Notes: generated from the sequence alone by a model not told the origin. DNA of 64,000 nt from an uncultured Planctomycetia bacterium (GCA_964565425.1 CAZMEZ010000003.1:18991-82990), one strand, 5' to 3'. Positions 28,949 to 38,640 are shown, counted from the stretch's first letter. Numbers and translations are program-made.

Positions 28949-30511
28949 ATGGCTAAAAGAATAAGGGATTCATGGGGCTCAAGGATAGGCGTCATAATGG
29001 CCGTTGCCGGTTCGGCGGTAGGCCTGGGAAATTTCCTTCGTTTTCCGGTGCAGGCGGCCAGGAACGGCGGCGGTGCGTTCATGATACCCTATTTCATAGC
29101 GCTTCTTCTGGTCGGTATACCTCTCATGCTTGTCGAGTGGGCTATCGGGCGTTACGGCGGCGGATTCGAGCATTCCACCGCACCCGGGGTATTCCACAGT
29201 TTATGGGAGAAGAACCGATTCATCAAGTATTTCGGCGTGATCGGCATATTCGGACCCCTCGTTATAATGATCTACTACACGTACATAGAATCATGGACTC
29301 TTGCTTATAGCTTTTTCGCGCTTGTCCAGAAATACGCCGGGATAACGGACCAGATATCGATGGAGGCGTTCCTTAGGGGTTTCCAGGGGCTGGAGAGAAA
29401 CCAGTATTTTTCGAGTATCGGCACGGCTTATGTGTTCTTCCTGATAACTTTCATCATAAATATGATAGTGCTGGGACACGGAATAAAGGGCGGCATCGAG
29501 CGTTTTTGCAAATTCGCCATGCCCACTCTTTTTATTTTCGGTATAATACTCACGATCCGCGTGCTTACGCTCGGAAGCCCGGACGCGGCCAGGCCCGACT
29601 GGAACATTGTTAATGGTCTCGGCTACCTGTGGAACCCCGACCTGTCGCAGCTCAAGAGCGCCAGGATATGGCTGGCGGCAACGGGACAGATATTCTTCAC
29701 CCTGAGCGTGGGAATGGGAGTTATATTGACATACGCCAGTTACCTGAAAAAAGGTGACGATGTTGCCCTGTCGGGGCTTACGGCGGTAAGCATGAACGAA
29801 TCGGCGGAAGTGCTGCTTGGTGGCAGCATAATAATACCGGCGGCATTTGCCTTCTTCGGGCCGATGGCAATAAGCTCGATAGCCGGTTCAGGGGCCTTCA
29901 ACCTGGGTTTTGTGACAATGCCGCTCATACTGCAGAAAATGCCTTTCCCGGAAGTGTTCGGTTTCCTGTGGTTCGGCCTTCTTTTTCTTGCGGGAGTTAC
30001 TTCCTCGGTCTCCATGGCACAGCCGGCGATCGCCTTTCTTGAAGACGAATTCGACATAGACAGGCGAAAAGCCGTTTTGAGCTTCGGGGCGATCACTTTT
30101 CTTCTCTGCAACTGCGCTATATTTTTTCTCGGCAGGGGCGTTGTCGATGAGCTTGATTTCTGGGGAGGCACGTTCTGTCTTGTGCTCTTCGCCACCGTAG
30201 AGGTCATACTTTTCGGGTGGATATTCGGCATAAATAAGGCGTGGGAAGAGGTGCATCACGGAGCCGACCTCAGGATTCCGGGCATATACAAGCACATCAT
30301 AAAGTACGTGACCCCGCTCTTTCTTATCATCGTGTTATGTGCCTGGTTCTTCCAGGAATGGCTGCCGATAATACGGATGGACGGTGTGCCCGACGCCAAC
30401 AGGAATTACATAATGGGCACGCGTGTCGGGCTATGGCTGATCTTCCTGACCCTGGCCGTCATGGTCAAGATAGCATGGAGGAAGAGGCGGGCGAAGAGGG
30501 GGAGGGCATGA
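28949..30511 (+). CDS. Neurotransmitter:sodium symporter (NSS/SNF) family transporter
   Basis: GSAVGLGNFLRFP...GGGAFMIPYFI N-terminal signature; ~12 TM segments. Confidence 0.9.
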   Translation: MAKRIRDSWGSRIGVIMAVAGSAVGLGNFLRFPVQAARNGGGAFMIPYFIALLLVGIPLMLVEWAIGRYGGGFEHSTAPGVFHSLWEKNRFIKYFGVIGIFGPLVIMIYYTYIESWTLAYSFFALVQKYAGITDQISMEAFLRGFQGLERNQYFSSIGTAYVFFLITFIINMIVLGHGIKGGIERFCKFAMPTLFIFGIILTIRVLTLGSPDAARPDWNIVNGLGYLWNPDLSQLKSARIWLAATGQIFFTLSVGMGVILTYASYLKKGDDVALSGLTAVSMNESAEVLLGGSIIIPAAFAFFGPMAISSIAGSGAFNLGFVTMPLILQKMPFPEVFGFLWFGLLFLAGVTSSVSMAQPAIAFLEDEFDIDRRKAVLSFGAITFLLCNCAIFFLGRGVVDELDFWGGTFCLVLFATVEVILFGWIFGINKAWEEVHHGADLRIPGIYKHIIKYVTPLFLIIVLCAWFFQEWLPIIRMDGVPDANRNYIMGTRVGLWLIFLTLAVMVKIAWRKRRAKRGRA

Positions 30512-30612
30512 GCTTTTACGGCTGGTTTTTCATGATGGTATCCTGGTCATTGATCGGCGCCCTTGTCGTTTTTTGTTTCGTTAAGATATTCCGGAAAAAA
30601 ACCGTAGATTAA
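30508..30612 (+). CDS. Possible 34-aa single-TM companion protein of the NSS transporter (MSFYGWFFMMVSWSLIGALVVFCFVKIFRKKTVD)
   Basis: ATGA overlap with the transporter stop; hydrophobic helix plus basic tail; followed by a hairpin terminator. Confidence 0.35.
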   Translation: MSFYGWFFMMVSWSLIGALVVFCFVKIFRKKTVD

Positions 30613-30616
30613 GTCT

Positions 30617-30667
30617 GTCCCGGGGAAATTGGTTTTTACGTTTTTCACCGGGGACTGCCGTTTTTTC
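30617..30667 (+). terminator. Hairpin terminator after the NSS operon
   Basis: GUCCCGGGG...CCGGGGAC stem with a long loop, followed by UGCCGUUUUUU. Confidence 0.45.
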
Positions 30668-30802
30668 TCAAAAGATCGCCCTCGCCAGTTAATATTAAGA
30701 TTGTTTTTGCTTTTTACGGGATAATGATATATTATTGTTACAGAGGTATTACAATAATAATAATATATTCTTGTTCATTTGCGCAAAAACAAGGAGGCGC
30801 TA

Positions 30803-31036
30803 ATGGAAAAAGATGTATTTGTATTCGAGAAGAACAAATACCAGGATGTAAAGGTTCGCATATCCGAGTATCAGGGCAATGACGTCATTGATATGCGGAT
30901 ATGGACACAGCCTCCTCAGGGCGAAGAAAAGGTTCCCACGGGAAAAGGGATAAACATAAATGTGAGACTTTTCCCGAAGCTCAAGGAAGCCGTCGAAAAA
31001 CTCGAAAAAGAGCTTAAAGATAGTAACATGATCTGA
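30803..31036 (+). CDS. PC4/YdbC-like ssDNA-binding protein
   Basis: 77 aa; KNKYQDVKVRISEYQGNDVIDMRIW...PTGKGININ pattern of bacterial PC4-like proteins; RBS AAGGAGG. Confidence 0.55.
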   Translation: MEKDVFVFEKNKYQDVKVRISEYQGNDVIDMRIWTQPPQGEEKVPTGKGININVRLFPKLKEAVEKLEKELKDSNMI

Positions 31037-31101
31037 CATCCCCGCGGGACATCAGATCGTTCCTCCCCGGAAAATAGGCGACCCGAAGGATCGGGTCGCG
31101 C

Positions 31102-31566
31102 GTGGCAGGCGATGCTGATATGACTGGAGAGATCCCCAAAGAAAAAAGGCGATACATCAGGCACCTTCTCGTGAATCCCCTTGAATTCAAGGTCGAAGAG
31201 GGGGGTCAATACGAAAAGACAAGAACGGTCGACGTGAGCGAGGGCGGACTCATGTTCCTCGCGAAAACCAAAGTGGAGAACGGCGCGTTCATACAGCTCC
31301 AGATGCCGCTGTATGACAAGGTTTTCAAGATAAAGGCGAAGGTCGTGCATACCGAGAAAGACGAGGGCTCCGGACTTTTAAGAGTGGGTGTCGCTTTTGT
31401 CAATTATGCCGACGCATTCAAGGTAAAACTCATCGAACAGATCTATCTTATTGAGGAATACCGCGTCCTCAGGTCGCTCCAGACCGGGAAAGAAATGACC
31501 CTCCAGGACGCTTCCAAGGAATGGATCAAGCGTTATTCCGAACGCTTCGAAAAACTCTACTGGTAG
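31102..31566 (+). CDS. PilZ-domain protein (putative c-di-GMP receptor)
   Basis: RRYIRH (RxxxR) followed by DVSEGG (D-x-S-x-GG) PilZ signature. Confidence 0.65.
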   Translation: MAGDADMTGEIPKEKRRYIRHLLVNPLEFKVEEGGQYEKTRTVDVSEGGLMFLAKTKVENGAFIQLQMPLYDKVFKIKAKVVHTEKDEGSGLLRVGVAFVNYADAFKVKLIEQIYLIEEYRVLRSLQTGKEMTLQDASKEWIKRYSERFEKLYW

Positions 31567-31636
31567 TTCTTCCAAATATCAGACTCCAGACAGACTCAAG
31601 GATTAAAACACAAGGTCTTTGTTCGGATTTTGTGTC

Positions 31637-31690
31637 ATGTTTTATGATTGCATCACATAACACGTGACGCATAACACAATACTTCATCAC
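31637..31690. repeat. GTGTCAT/ATAACAC stutter (family F2 copy)
   Basis: tgtgtcatgttttatgattgcatcacataacacgtgacgcataacacaatac. Confidence 0.6.
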
Positions 31691-31809
31691 TCATCGCTGG
31701 ACTAATCATTTCACGCTTCTGAATTTCCCCCAATATCCGGTATATTTTTTAAAAACAGGGGGTATATGCTGTGGACTTTCTAAAATTATTTAAAAAGTGA
31801 ATTTGACCG

Positions 31810-31838
31810 TTGACAATATATGTGGAGTGGGGTATACT
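31810..31838 (+). promoter_or_regulatory. Near-consensus sigma70 promoter of the dcw cluster (TTGACA-17-TATACT)
   Basis: Consensus -35 and -10 with 17-nt spacing, 35 nt upstream of the mraZ start. Confidence 0.6.
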
Positions 31839-31847
31839 TTGATTCAA

Positions 31848-31872
31848 GTGGAATGAAGTGGAGGGAAGTGGA
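31848..31872 (+). promoter_or_regulatory. Three GTGGA direct repeats at exactly 10-bp spacing (candidate MraZ operator)
   Basis: GTGGAatgaaGTGGAgggaaGTGGA ends 1 nt before the mraZ GTG start, and a fourth GTGGA lies in the promoter spacer. MraZ proteins bind spaced direct repeats of G-rich pentamers. Confidence 0.45.
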
Positions 31873-32313
31873 GTGTTTTACGGAGAATATTCACATAGGC
31901 TCGATAAAAAGAACCGCCTGATCATCCCGGCGGATTTCCGCGGGATCATCACGGACAAGGGGATCGAAGCGTTTTATCTGAACCGCGGACTGGACGAATG
32001 TCTTTTCATGTTCCCCGAGAGCGAATGGAAGACGCAGGAAGCCAAGTTCAAGGAGATGTCGTTCACAAAAAGAGAAGTAAGAAAGTTCAGCCGCATGTTC
32101 TTTGCCGGTGCCGTTGAGGTAGCGCCCGACAAGCAATGGAGGATACTGATACCCGATTATCTGAAGGAATACGCTAAGCTGAAAAGGAACATAATCATAA
32201 TAGGTGTTTCCAGTCGCATCGAGATCTGGGACAAGGACAAATGGGAAGAGTTCTACAGGTCCTCGAAAGAAAATTATGAGGAGATAGCCGAAAGGCTTAT
32301 AACCGACATATAA
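31873..32313 (+). CDS. mraZ: Transcriptional regulator MraZ
   Basis: Two SpoVT/AbrB-like halves with the DxxxR motifs (LDKKNRLIIPADFR; KQWRILIPDYLK); GTG 31873 with RBS GGAGG gives the N-terminus MFYGEY. Confidence 0.9.
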   Translation: MFYGEYSHRLDKKNRLIIPADFRGIITDKGIEAFYLNRGLDECLFMFPESEWKTQEAKFKEMSFTKREVRKFSRMFFAGAVEVAPDKQWRILIPDYLKEYAKLKRNIIIIGVSSRIEIWDKDKWEEFYRSSKENYEEIAERLITDI

Positions 32314-32335
32314 CGGTTGAAACCGGGGGGTCAAT

Positions 32336-32527
32336 ATGTATAGGAGATACGCGCTGAAGTTCAACAAGAAACAGGTAGAGTTCATAAATTGCATCAATAT
32401 GGTCGAAAGGATCAGGAAGGCAAGAGCCCTTCCTGAGGGGATCGCGCATCTCGGCGTCAAGCAATATGCCGTCTCTTCGACGGGTCTGGGAAAAAAGACC
32501 TATTTTACGGTAAGGGATTGTGAATAA
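32336..32527 (+). CDS. Hypothetical 63-aa ORF in the mraZ-rsmH spacer
   Basis: ORF only; RBS-like GGGGGG upstream; no family. Confidence 0.25.
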   Translation: MYRRYALKFNKKQVEFINCINMVERIRKARALPEGIAHLGVKQYAVSSTGLGKKTYFTVRDCE

Positions 32528-32797
32528 GAACGTGATGGCGGGTATAGCGCGCCGGAGCGGGCGCGGCATTCAAATTTAAAGGGTGGAGGTCCGCCATGAG
32601 GAAATACCTGCAGGCATGTGAGATCGGCGGTTCGATATACGGGAAACACCGTGAGATCCCCCAAAAAAGGGTTTCCGGAACGCGCCGGAATAGCAGAGAA
32701 GGAGCCGTAGCGTCTTATCACGCGTTTTATAAAAGCCAAGTCGACGCCTTGTACAAGGTTTTCAGGCGCGACGGCTGAATGAGGAAAGGATATCCCC

Positions 32798-33682
32798 TTG
32801 CATCTTCCGGTTCTTTTGAACGAGGTGATAGAGAACCTTAAACTTGAGGCGGGAGATGTGATCCTCGACGGGACTTTGGGTGGCGGAGGACATTCGTTCG
32901 AGATCCTCCGGCGGATAGTTCCGGGAGGAAGGTTGATCGGGGTAGACAGGGACCCGGAAGCGGTCGAGAGGGCGCGAAAGGCCCTCGAAAGCTATGCCGG
33001 GAACACAGAACTGATCAATGATAATTTCCGCGCCATCGATCTGATATTGAAAAAGGCAGGGGAAGAAAGGATCGACGGCGCGCTATTCGACCTGGGGATA
33101 TCCTCTTTTCAGATCGACGAAGGCGAAAGGGGTTTCAGTTTTTTGCGGGACGGCCCTTTGGATATGAGATTCGATGCCGGCGGGGAGATCTCGGCAAGGG
33201 ATGTCGTGAACGGTTTCGGGGAAGAAGAGATAGCCGATATTATAAGGGACTACGGAGAGGAAAGACACGCCAAACTTGTGGCCAGAGCCATTTGCTCCGA
33301 GAGGAAGCGAAAAAGGATAGATACCACCGGCGACCTTGTTGATGTTATACACAGGGCGGTAGGCAGGAAATATACCCGGCAGCGCATACATCCGGCGGCC
33401 AGAACGTTCCAGGCGCTGAGGATCTTTGTCAACGACGAGCTTGGGTCGGTAGAGAATGGTATAAGGAAAACGATAACATATCTAAATCCGGGGGCCAGGA
33501 TATGCGTTATCTCTTTCCATTCTCTTGAGGACAGGATCGTAAAGAATATTTACAGGGCAGAGGCGGGAGCAGGCACCCTGGCGATAATAAATAAAAAGCC
33601 GATACGCCCCGGCGGGGATGAAGTGCGGAAGAACCCGAGATCGAGAAGCGCAAAGCTTCGGGTGGCAGAAAGGGTAAAATGA
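32798..33682 (+). CDS. rsmH: 16S rRNA (cytosine1402-N4)-methyltransferase RsmH (MraW)
   Basis: HLPVLLNEV...ILDGTLGGGGHS and the FQIDE/SFHSLEDR motifs; TTG start with RBS. Confidence 0.9.
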   Translation: MHLPVLLNEVIENLKLEAGDVILDGTLGGGGHSFEILRRIVPGGRLIGVDRDPEAVERARKALESYAGNTELINDNFRAIDLILKKAGEERIDGALFDLGISSFQIDEGERGFSFLRDGPLDMRFDAGGEISARDVVNGFGEEEIADIIRDYGEERHAKLVARAICSERKRKRIDTTGDLVDVIHRAVGRKYTRQRIHPAARTFQALRIFVNDELGSVENGIRKTITYLNPGARICVISFHSLEDRIVKNIYRAEAGAGTLAIINKKPIRPGGDEVRKNPRSRSAKLRVAERVK

Positions 33683-34041
33683 TATTGTACAGGTGGATAT
33701 TAACGGGGATATTGATAACGGTAATGGCGGGCGGCTATGTCCACCAAAAGGTCGAGATCGTGAAGGCGGGATATGCCATTCAGAAAAGCAGGAAGCACCT
33801 CTCGTATCTCGTTGACCAGAATTCCAAGTTGACGTATAATCTATCCAAGCTCGAATCTCCCAGAAATCTGCTTACCTCGATGGACGGAGAGCAAGTGAAA
33901 TTCGCCAACCACAGGGTGAAACGTCCGGAAAGCTTCCAGATCGCCCAGGCCGATCTTGATGATGGCGGTGCCAACAGTGGTTTTGTCGGCAGGATCCTAG
34001 ATCTCTTTACCGTGAGCGCCGAAGCAAGACCCCGTAAATAA
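33679..34041 (+). CDS. ftsL: Cell division protein FtsL
   Basis: Small bitopic protein (TM plus coiled coil) between rsmH and ftsI; ATGA overlap. Confidence 0.7.
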   Translation: MILYRWILTGILITVMAGGYVHQKVEIVKAGYAIQKSRKHLSYLVDQNSKLTYNLSKLESPRNLLTSMDGEQVKFANHRVKRPESFQIAQADLDDGGANSGFVGRILDLFTVSAEARPRK

Positions 34042-34053
34042 CGCGTGTAACTT

Positions 34054-35763
34054 TTGAGAGGCACAATGTCAAGAGCGCGCCAGTATTCGGTGTTTTTCTT
34101 TTTTATCATTCTCCTTGTGCTCCTTTTCTACCGGCTTTTCTACCTCCAGGTCCTGAATTACGAGAGATTTTCCTCAATAGCGTCGGGCCAGCATAACAAG
34201 GTGCTCAAGATAGAGCCCCGAAGAGGCACTATTTACGACAGGTACATGGAGCCGCTTGCGATCAACCTTGACGTCCCCAGCGTTTACTGTGACCCCAGGA
34301 GCGTCAGGGACAAAGAACGTACCGCGGACACATTGGCCGGGATCCTCGGCATTGACAGGGACGGTCTTCTGGAGAAGCTTAACAAGGATAAGGCTTTCGT
34401 CTGGGCAAAGCGCAAAATAGACGCGGACACTGCCGGGAAGATCAAGAAAGCCGACCTGGAGGGCGTGTTCTTCATGACCGAAAGCAGAAGGAACTATCCC
34501 AGTGACAACCTGGCGGCACACGTCATAGGTTTTGTGGGCGTGGATAACGTCGGCCTTGAGGGGATAGAGACCGAATATGACGAGAAGCTGAAAGGCAAGT
34601 TCGGCTGGAGGCATCTTGTCAGGGACGCGAAACGAAGAACGGTTCTTTATAATGATAAAGATTCGATCCCGGCACAGAACGGATATAATATCGTACTCAC
34701 TATCGACGGGGTGATACAGTGCATAGTTGAGGAAGAGATCCGTGAAATGGCCAGAAGGCATAACGCCGCGAGCGCTTCGATCATCGTCATGGACCCCGGT
34801 ACGGGGGAGATCCTGGCTATGGCGAACTACCCGGATTACGATCTCAATTCATTTTCGGAGGCGCCGAGAGAGGTAATGAAGAACACGTCGATCTCAAACG
34901 TGTATGAGCCCGGGAGCGTATTCAAGATAGTAACCGCCTGCGCCGCTCTGAACGAAAGGGTGGTGGGGCTGGAAGACATGTTCGATTGCGAAAAAGGTGA
35001 ATATAGCGTGGGAGGCAGGGTTCTGCATGATTTTCACAGGTACGGGAACCTGCCCTTCGCCGATATTATCGCAAAGTCCAGTAATATAGGGGTCGTAAAG
35101 GTGGCCCAGATGCTCGGGGAGGAAAGGCTGTTCGCTTACATGCAGATGTTCGGTTTCGGAGAGAAGACGGGGATCGATCTTCCGGGGGAAGTGAACGGCA
35201 TAACAAGACCGCCGACCGAGTGGTCGCGCAGCGATATTTCCACGATACCCATAGGGCAAGGAGTCGCCGTAACGCCGCTTCAGATGATATGCGCCGTCAA
35301 TGTGATCGCGAACGGCGGATATCTCATGAAACCGCATGTTGTCGACAGAATAACCACCTGGGAAGGGGAGACATGCAAGGAATTCAGGCCAGGCCTGAAG
35401 CGCCGCGTGCTGAACAAGGAAACATCCGAAAGGATGAAGGAGGCGATGGCCCGCGTGGTTACGGACGGGACGGGAAAGCGCGCGGAATCGAAGCTTTACG
35501 AAGTATGCGGTAAAACCGGAACCGCGCAGATGGTGAAGCCGGGAGGCGGGTATTATGACGATAAATATTACGCGACCTTTGTAGGTTTCGCGCCGAGAGA
35601 GCGACCCGTTATAAGTGTTATAGTGGCCGCCAGGGATCCCCATCCCGTTCATTTCGGCGGGACCGTGGCCGGCCCTGTTTTCAAAAAGATAACGGAAAGG
35701 GCTCTGCAATATCTGGGATCCAATAGCAAAAAAGCCAAAAGAGCGGAAACTTTTTATGAGTGA
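34054..35763 (+). CDS. ftsI: Peptidoglycan D,D-transpeptidase FtsI (class B PBP3)
   Basis: N-terminal TM, PBP dimerisation domain, and transpeptidase motifs SVFK, SSN and KTGTA. Confidence 0.85.
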   Translation: MRGTMSRARQYSVFFFFIILLVLLFYRLFYLQVLNYERFSSIASGQHNKVLKIEPRRGTIYDRYMEPLAINLDVPSVYCDPRSVRDKERTADTLAGILGIDRDGLLEKLNKDKAFVWAKRKIDADTAGKIKKADLEGVFFMTESRRNYPSDNLAAHVIGFVGVDNVGLEGIETEYDEKLKGKFGWRHLVRDAKRRTVLYNDKDSIPAQNGYNIVLTIDGVIQCIVEEEIREMARRHNAASASIIVMDPGTGEILAMANYPDYDLNSFSEAPREVMKNTSISNVYEPGSVFKIVTACAALNERVVGLEDMFDCEKGEYSVGGRVLHDFHRYGNLPFADIIAKSSNIGVVKVAQMLGEERLFAYMQMFGFGEKTGIDLPGEVNGITRPPTEWSRSDISTIPIGQGVAVTPLQMICAVNVIANGGYLMKPHVVDRITTWEGETCKEFRPGLKRRVLNKETSERMKEAMARVVTDGTGKRAESKLYEVCGKTGTAQMVKPGGGYYDDKYYATFVGFAPRERPVISVIVAARDPHPVHFGGTVAGPVFKKITERALQYLGSNSKKAKRAETFYE

Positions 35764-37213
35764 AACGCTTGATCGTTTAATGGAAAAGGGCTTGTTGAGC
35801 GGGGCAAACGTCAGGACCGATTCCCGCCAGGTAAGACGTGGTGATGTTTTCGTGGCCGTGAAAGGGGCTGAACAGGACGGACATGGATACATAAAGGAGG
35901 CGTTCGGCAAGGGGGCGTCTTACGTTTTGTGTCAGAGACGGGTGGATGGATTAGCGGGAGACGAGGTCGAAAGGACCGTGGTGGTGCCGGATACCCGGGA
36001 AGCGATCGCAAAAATAGCGAAAAAGGTATTCGATGATCCTTCGGGTTCGCTCATGGTTTACGGCGTGACCGGCACGAACGGTAAAACGACCACGGTTTTC
36101 TTGATAGACGGTATCCTGAATAACGCCGGCAGGCCGAGCGGCCTGGTCAGCACCGTTTTTGCCAAGACCTCCGGAAAAGACCTGGTACGCTCGACAATGA
36201 CAACCCCTGACGCGATCAGTTTGAACCGCATGCTTGCGGAGATGGTCAAAAACGGCAAAAAGGCCGCGGTCATAGAGATGTCCAGCCACGCCCTCGACCA
36301 GAAAAGGACATGGGGGATAATGCTCGAGAGCGCGGTTTTTACCAATATCACCCCGGAACACCTCGATTATCACGGTGATATGGCGACCTATCTGATCGAT
36401 AAATCAAAGATATTCAATAACCTTAAACCCGGAGGCGCTCCGGTGCTTAACGCCGACGACCCTATGGTCGCGGGGATCATGGAAACCATGAAGTTCTCCA
36501 GGGTCGTTACTTTCGGGATAAAGGAGAAAGATGCCGATGTGAGGGCGGAGGGCGTAGAATTGTCCTCCGAAGGAACGGGGTTCGATCTCGTTGTAAGCGG
36601 GGAGGGCTCCGTTCATATCCGGACAGTGTTCATAGGCGAGCACAATATTTACAACATGCTGGCGGCTTCGGCGGCCCTTTTGAACGACGGGATCGGGTTG
36701 GATGGGATCAAGCTGGGGTTGGAGGCCGCCAGGCCCGTGCCGGGACGTTTGGACGCGGTGGCATCAGCGGCACCTTTCCGTGTGTTCGTGGATTACGCGC
36801 ATACGCCCAATGCCCTGGAGAACGTTCTTCGCTGCACGCGTTTTCTAGCGAAGAACCGCCTGATATGCGTCTTCGGCTGCGGAGGCGACAGGGACAGGAC
36901 GAAAAGGCCGGTCATGGGGAAGATAGCTGCCGATATATGCGACAGGGTGATATTGACAAGCGACAACCCAAGGACGGAGGATCCGGGTAGCATACTTCGA
37001 CAGATCGAAAAGGGTGTGCTTAATAAGAGCAACTATAGTATAATACCACAAAGACGCGAAGCCATAAGAGAGGCCCTGAAAGCCGCTAAAGACGGGGATA
37101 TCGTGGTGATAGCCGGCAAAGGGCACGAGGATTATCAGATAGTCGGGGACAAGGTCCTTCATTTTGACGACAAGGAAGTAGCCGGAGAAATACTCAGGGA
37201 CATGGGATATTAA
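35756..37213 (+). CDS. murE: UDP-N-acetylmuramoyl-L-alanyl-D-glutamate--2,6-diaminopimelate ligase
   Basis: Mur ligase P-loop GVTGTNGKTTT; DNPR motif; position in the cluster. Confidence 0.9.
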   Translation: MSETLDRLMEKGLLSGANVRTDSRQVRRGDVFVAVKGAEQDGHGYIKEAFGKGASYVLCQRRVDGLAGDEVERTVVVPDTREAIAKIAKKVFDDPSGSLMVYGVTGTNGKTTTVFLIDGILNNAGRPSGLVSTVFAKTSGKDLVRSTMTTPDAISLNRMLAEMVKNGKKAAVIEMSSHALDQKRTWGIMLESAVFTNITPEHLDYHGDMATYLIDKSKIFNNLKPGGAPVLNADDPMVAGIMETMKFSRVVTFGIKEKDADVRAEGVELSSEGTGFDLVVSGEGSVHIRTVFIGEHNIYNMLAASAALLNDGIGLDGIKLGLEAARPVPGRLDAVASAAPFRVFVDYAHTPNALENVLRCTRFLAKNRLICVFGCGGDRDRTKRPVMGKIAADICDRVILTSDNPRTEDPGSILRQIEKGVLNKSNYSIIPQRREAIREALKAAKDGDIVVIAGKGHEDYQIVGDKVLHFDDKEVAGEILRDMGY

Positions 37214-38640
37214 TGCAAGCGGCAGGCCGGGAACTTGAGGCTGCAGATCAAAATATAAGTAAGATGGTACATATAACACCGAAAGATATCGCGAAGATAA
37301 CCGGAGGAAGACTGGTCTCAGGAAAGGAAGGCGTCCCCGTAACCGGGTTCTCGATAGATTCGAGAACGATATCTCCGGGGGATATATTTATAGCCGTAAA
37401 GGGAAGGCATTTCGACGGGCATGATTTTATCGGGGAAGCCCTGAGAAAGGGCGCGTCCGGTTTGCTTTTGCGGAAGGATCCGGGAAAAAGTATCCGGGGG
37501 AAAGCGTCGCATGTCATATCGGTGGACGATACCCGGGAAGCGATGGGCGCTATAGCGTCCTGGATAAGAAAGCGGGTGGATATACCCGTTGTTTGCATAA
37601 CGGGGACGAATGGTAAAACAACGGTCAAAGACCTGCTCTCGCACGCGCTTGCTTCCCGTTACAAGGTGCTGAGCAGCAGAAGATCTTACAACAACATCAT
37701 CGGCCTCAGTCTTACGCTTTTCGATCTTGACCCCTCGCATGAAGTGGCGGTACTTGAATTGGGGACCAACCACCCGGGAGAGATACCGAAACTCGCCGGT
37801 ATAGCCGGACCGAATATCGCCGTAATAACAAATATCGGAGACGGTCATCTGGAGGCGTTCGAGGACAGGAAGGGGGTCTTCGTGGAAAAGATCAGTTTGT
37901 TGGAATTCCTGCCCGAGGAGGGCATGGTCTTTCTCAATAAGGACGACAGCTTGTTGTCAAGGTCATCGGTCAGGGGCGTTACCCGGAAATTTTACGGTAT
38001 TTCGCGCGGATCGGATTTTCTTATCTCGCATATCTCCAGGAAGGAGAACGGATATGAGTTTAGCCTCAACGGCGAAAGGTATTTTACTCCCCTGGAGGGG
38101 GAGCATAATGTACATAACGCGGCGGTATCGGCGGCGGTAGCGGGATATTTCGGGATGTCTCCGGAGGAGATACGGGTAAGCTTTAAGACCGTTTCCCCGC
38201 CCGCGATGCGGGTGGAGAAGGTCAAGGTCGAAGAGATAACGTTCATAAATGATTCATACAACGCCAATCCGGATTCGTTCGAGCGCGCTCTTGATGTGCT
38301 CGAGTCGGTTTCCGGGAGTTGTGTTAAGGGGGTTGTTGCCGGGGACATGATGGAGCTCGGCGGAAGATCCGACGAGTTTCACAGGATGATCGGCAGAAGT
38401 ATCCGGGAAAGGGGCATCGATTTCCTGATAACACTGGGCGATAGGGCATGGCACATGGCCGAAGGGGCTCTTGATTCAGGCATGGTTGCGTCGAAAGTGA
38501 TGCGCGCCCATACCCATGAGGATGCCGCGGAAATTGTCCGGAAAATGGCCGGGCCCGGGACAGTGGTGTTGCTGAAAGGCTCAAGAGAAGCAAGAATGGA
38601 GGAAGTGCTCAAGTGTTTTACCATCTTTTGTACCCATTAA
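37213..38640 (+). CDS. murF: UDP-MurNAc-tripeptide--D-alanyl-D-alanine ligase
   Basis: ITGTNGKTTVKDL Mur ligase motif; position in the cluster. Confidence 0.9.
   Translation: MQAAGRELEAADQNISKMVHITPKDIAKITGGRLVSGKEGVPVTGFSIDSRTISPGDIFIAVKGRHFDGHDFIGEALRKGASGLLLRKDPGKSIRGKASHVISVDDTREAMGAIASWIRKRVDIPVVCITGTNGKTTVKDLLSHALASRYKVLSSRRSYNNIIGLSLTLFDLDPSHEVAVLELGTNHPGEIPKLAGIAGPNIAVITNIGDGHLEAFEDRKGVFVEKISLLEFLPEEGMVFLNKDDSLLSRSSVRGVTRKFYGISRGSDFLISHISRKENGYEFSLNGERYFTPLEGEHNVHNAAVSAAVAGYFGMSPEEIRVSFKTVSPPAMRVEKVKVEEITFINDSYNANPDSFERALDVLESVSGSCVKGVVAGDMMELGGRSDEFHRMIGRSIRERGIDFLITLGDRAWHMAEGALDSGMVASKVMRAHTHEDAAEIVRKMAGPGTVVLLKGSREARMEEVLKCFTIFCTH

Noticed and set aside
32314-32797. RNase P RNA, SRP RNA, 6S or tmRNA in the mraZ-rsmH spacer
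   Set aside because: No conserved signature motifs (e.g. GGAAAGUCCGG, SRP domain IV, tmRNA tag-reading-frame/CCA end) were recognisable; left as unexplained.
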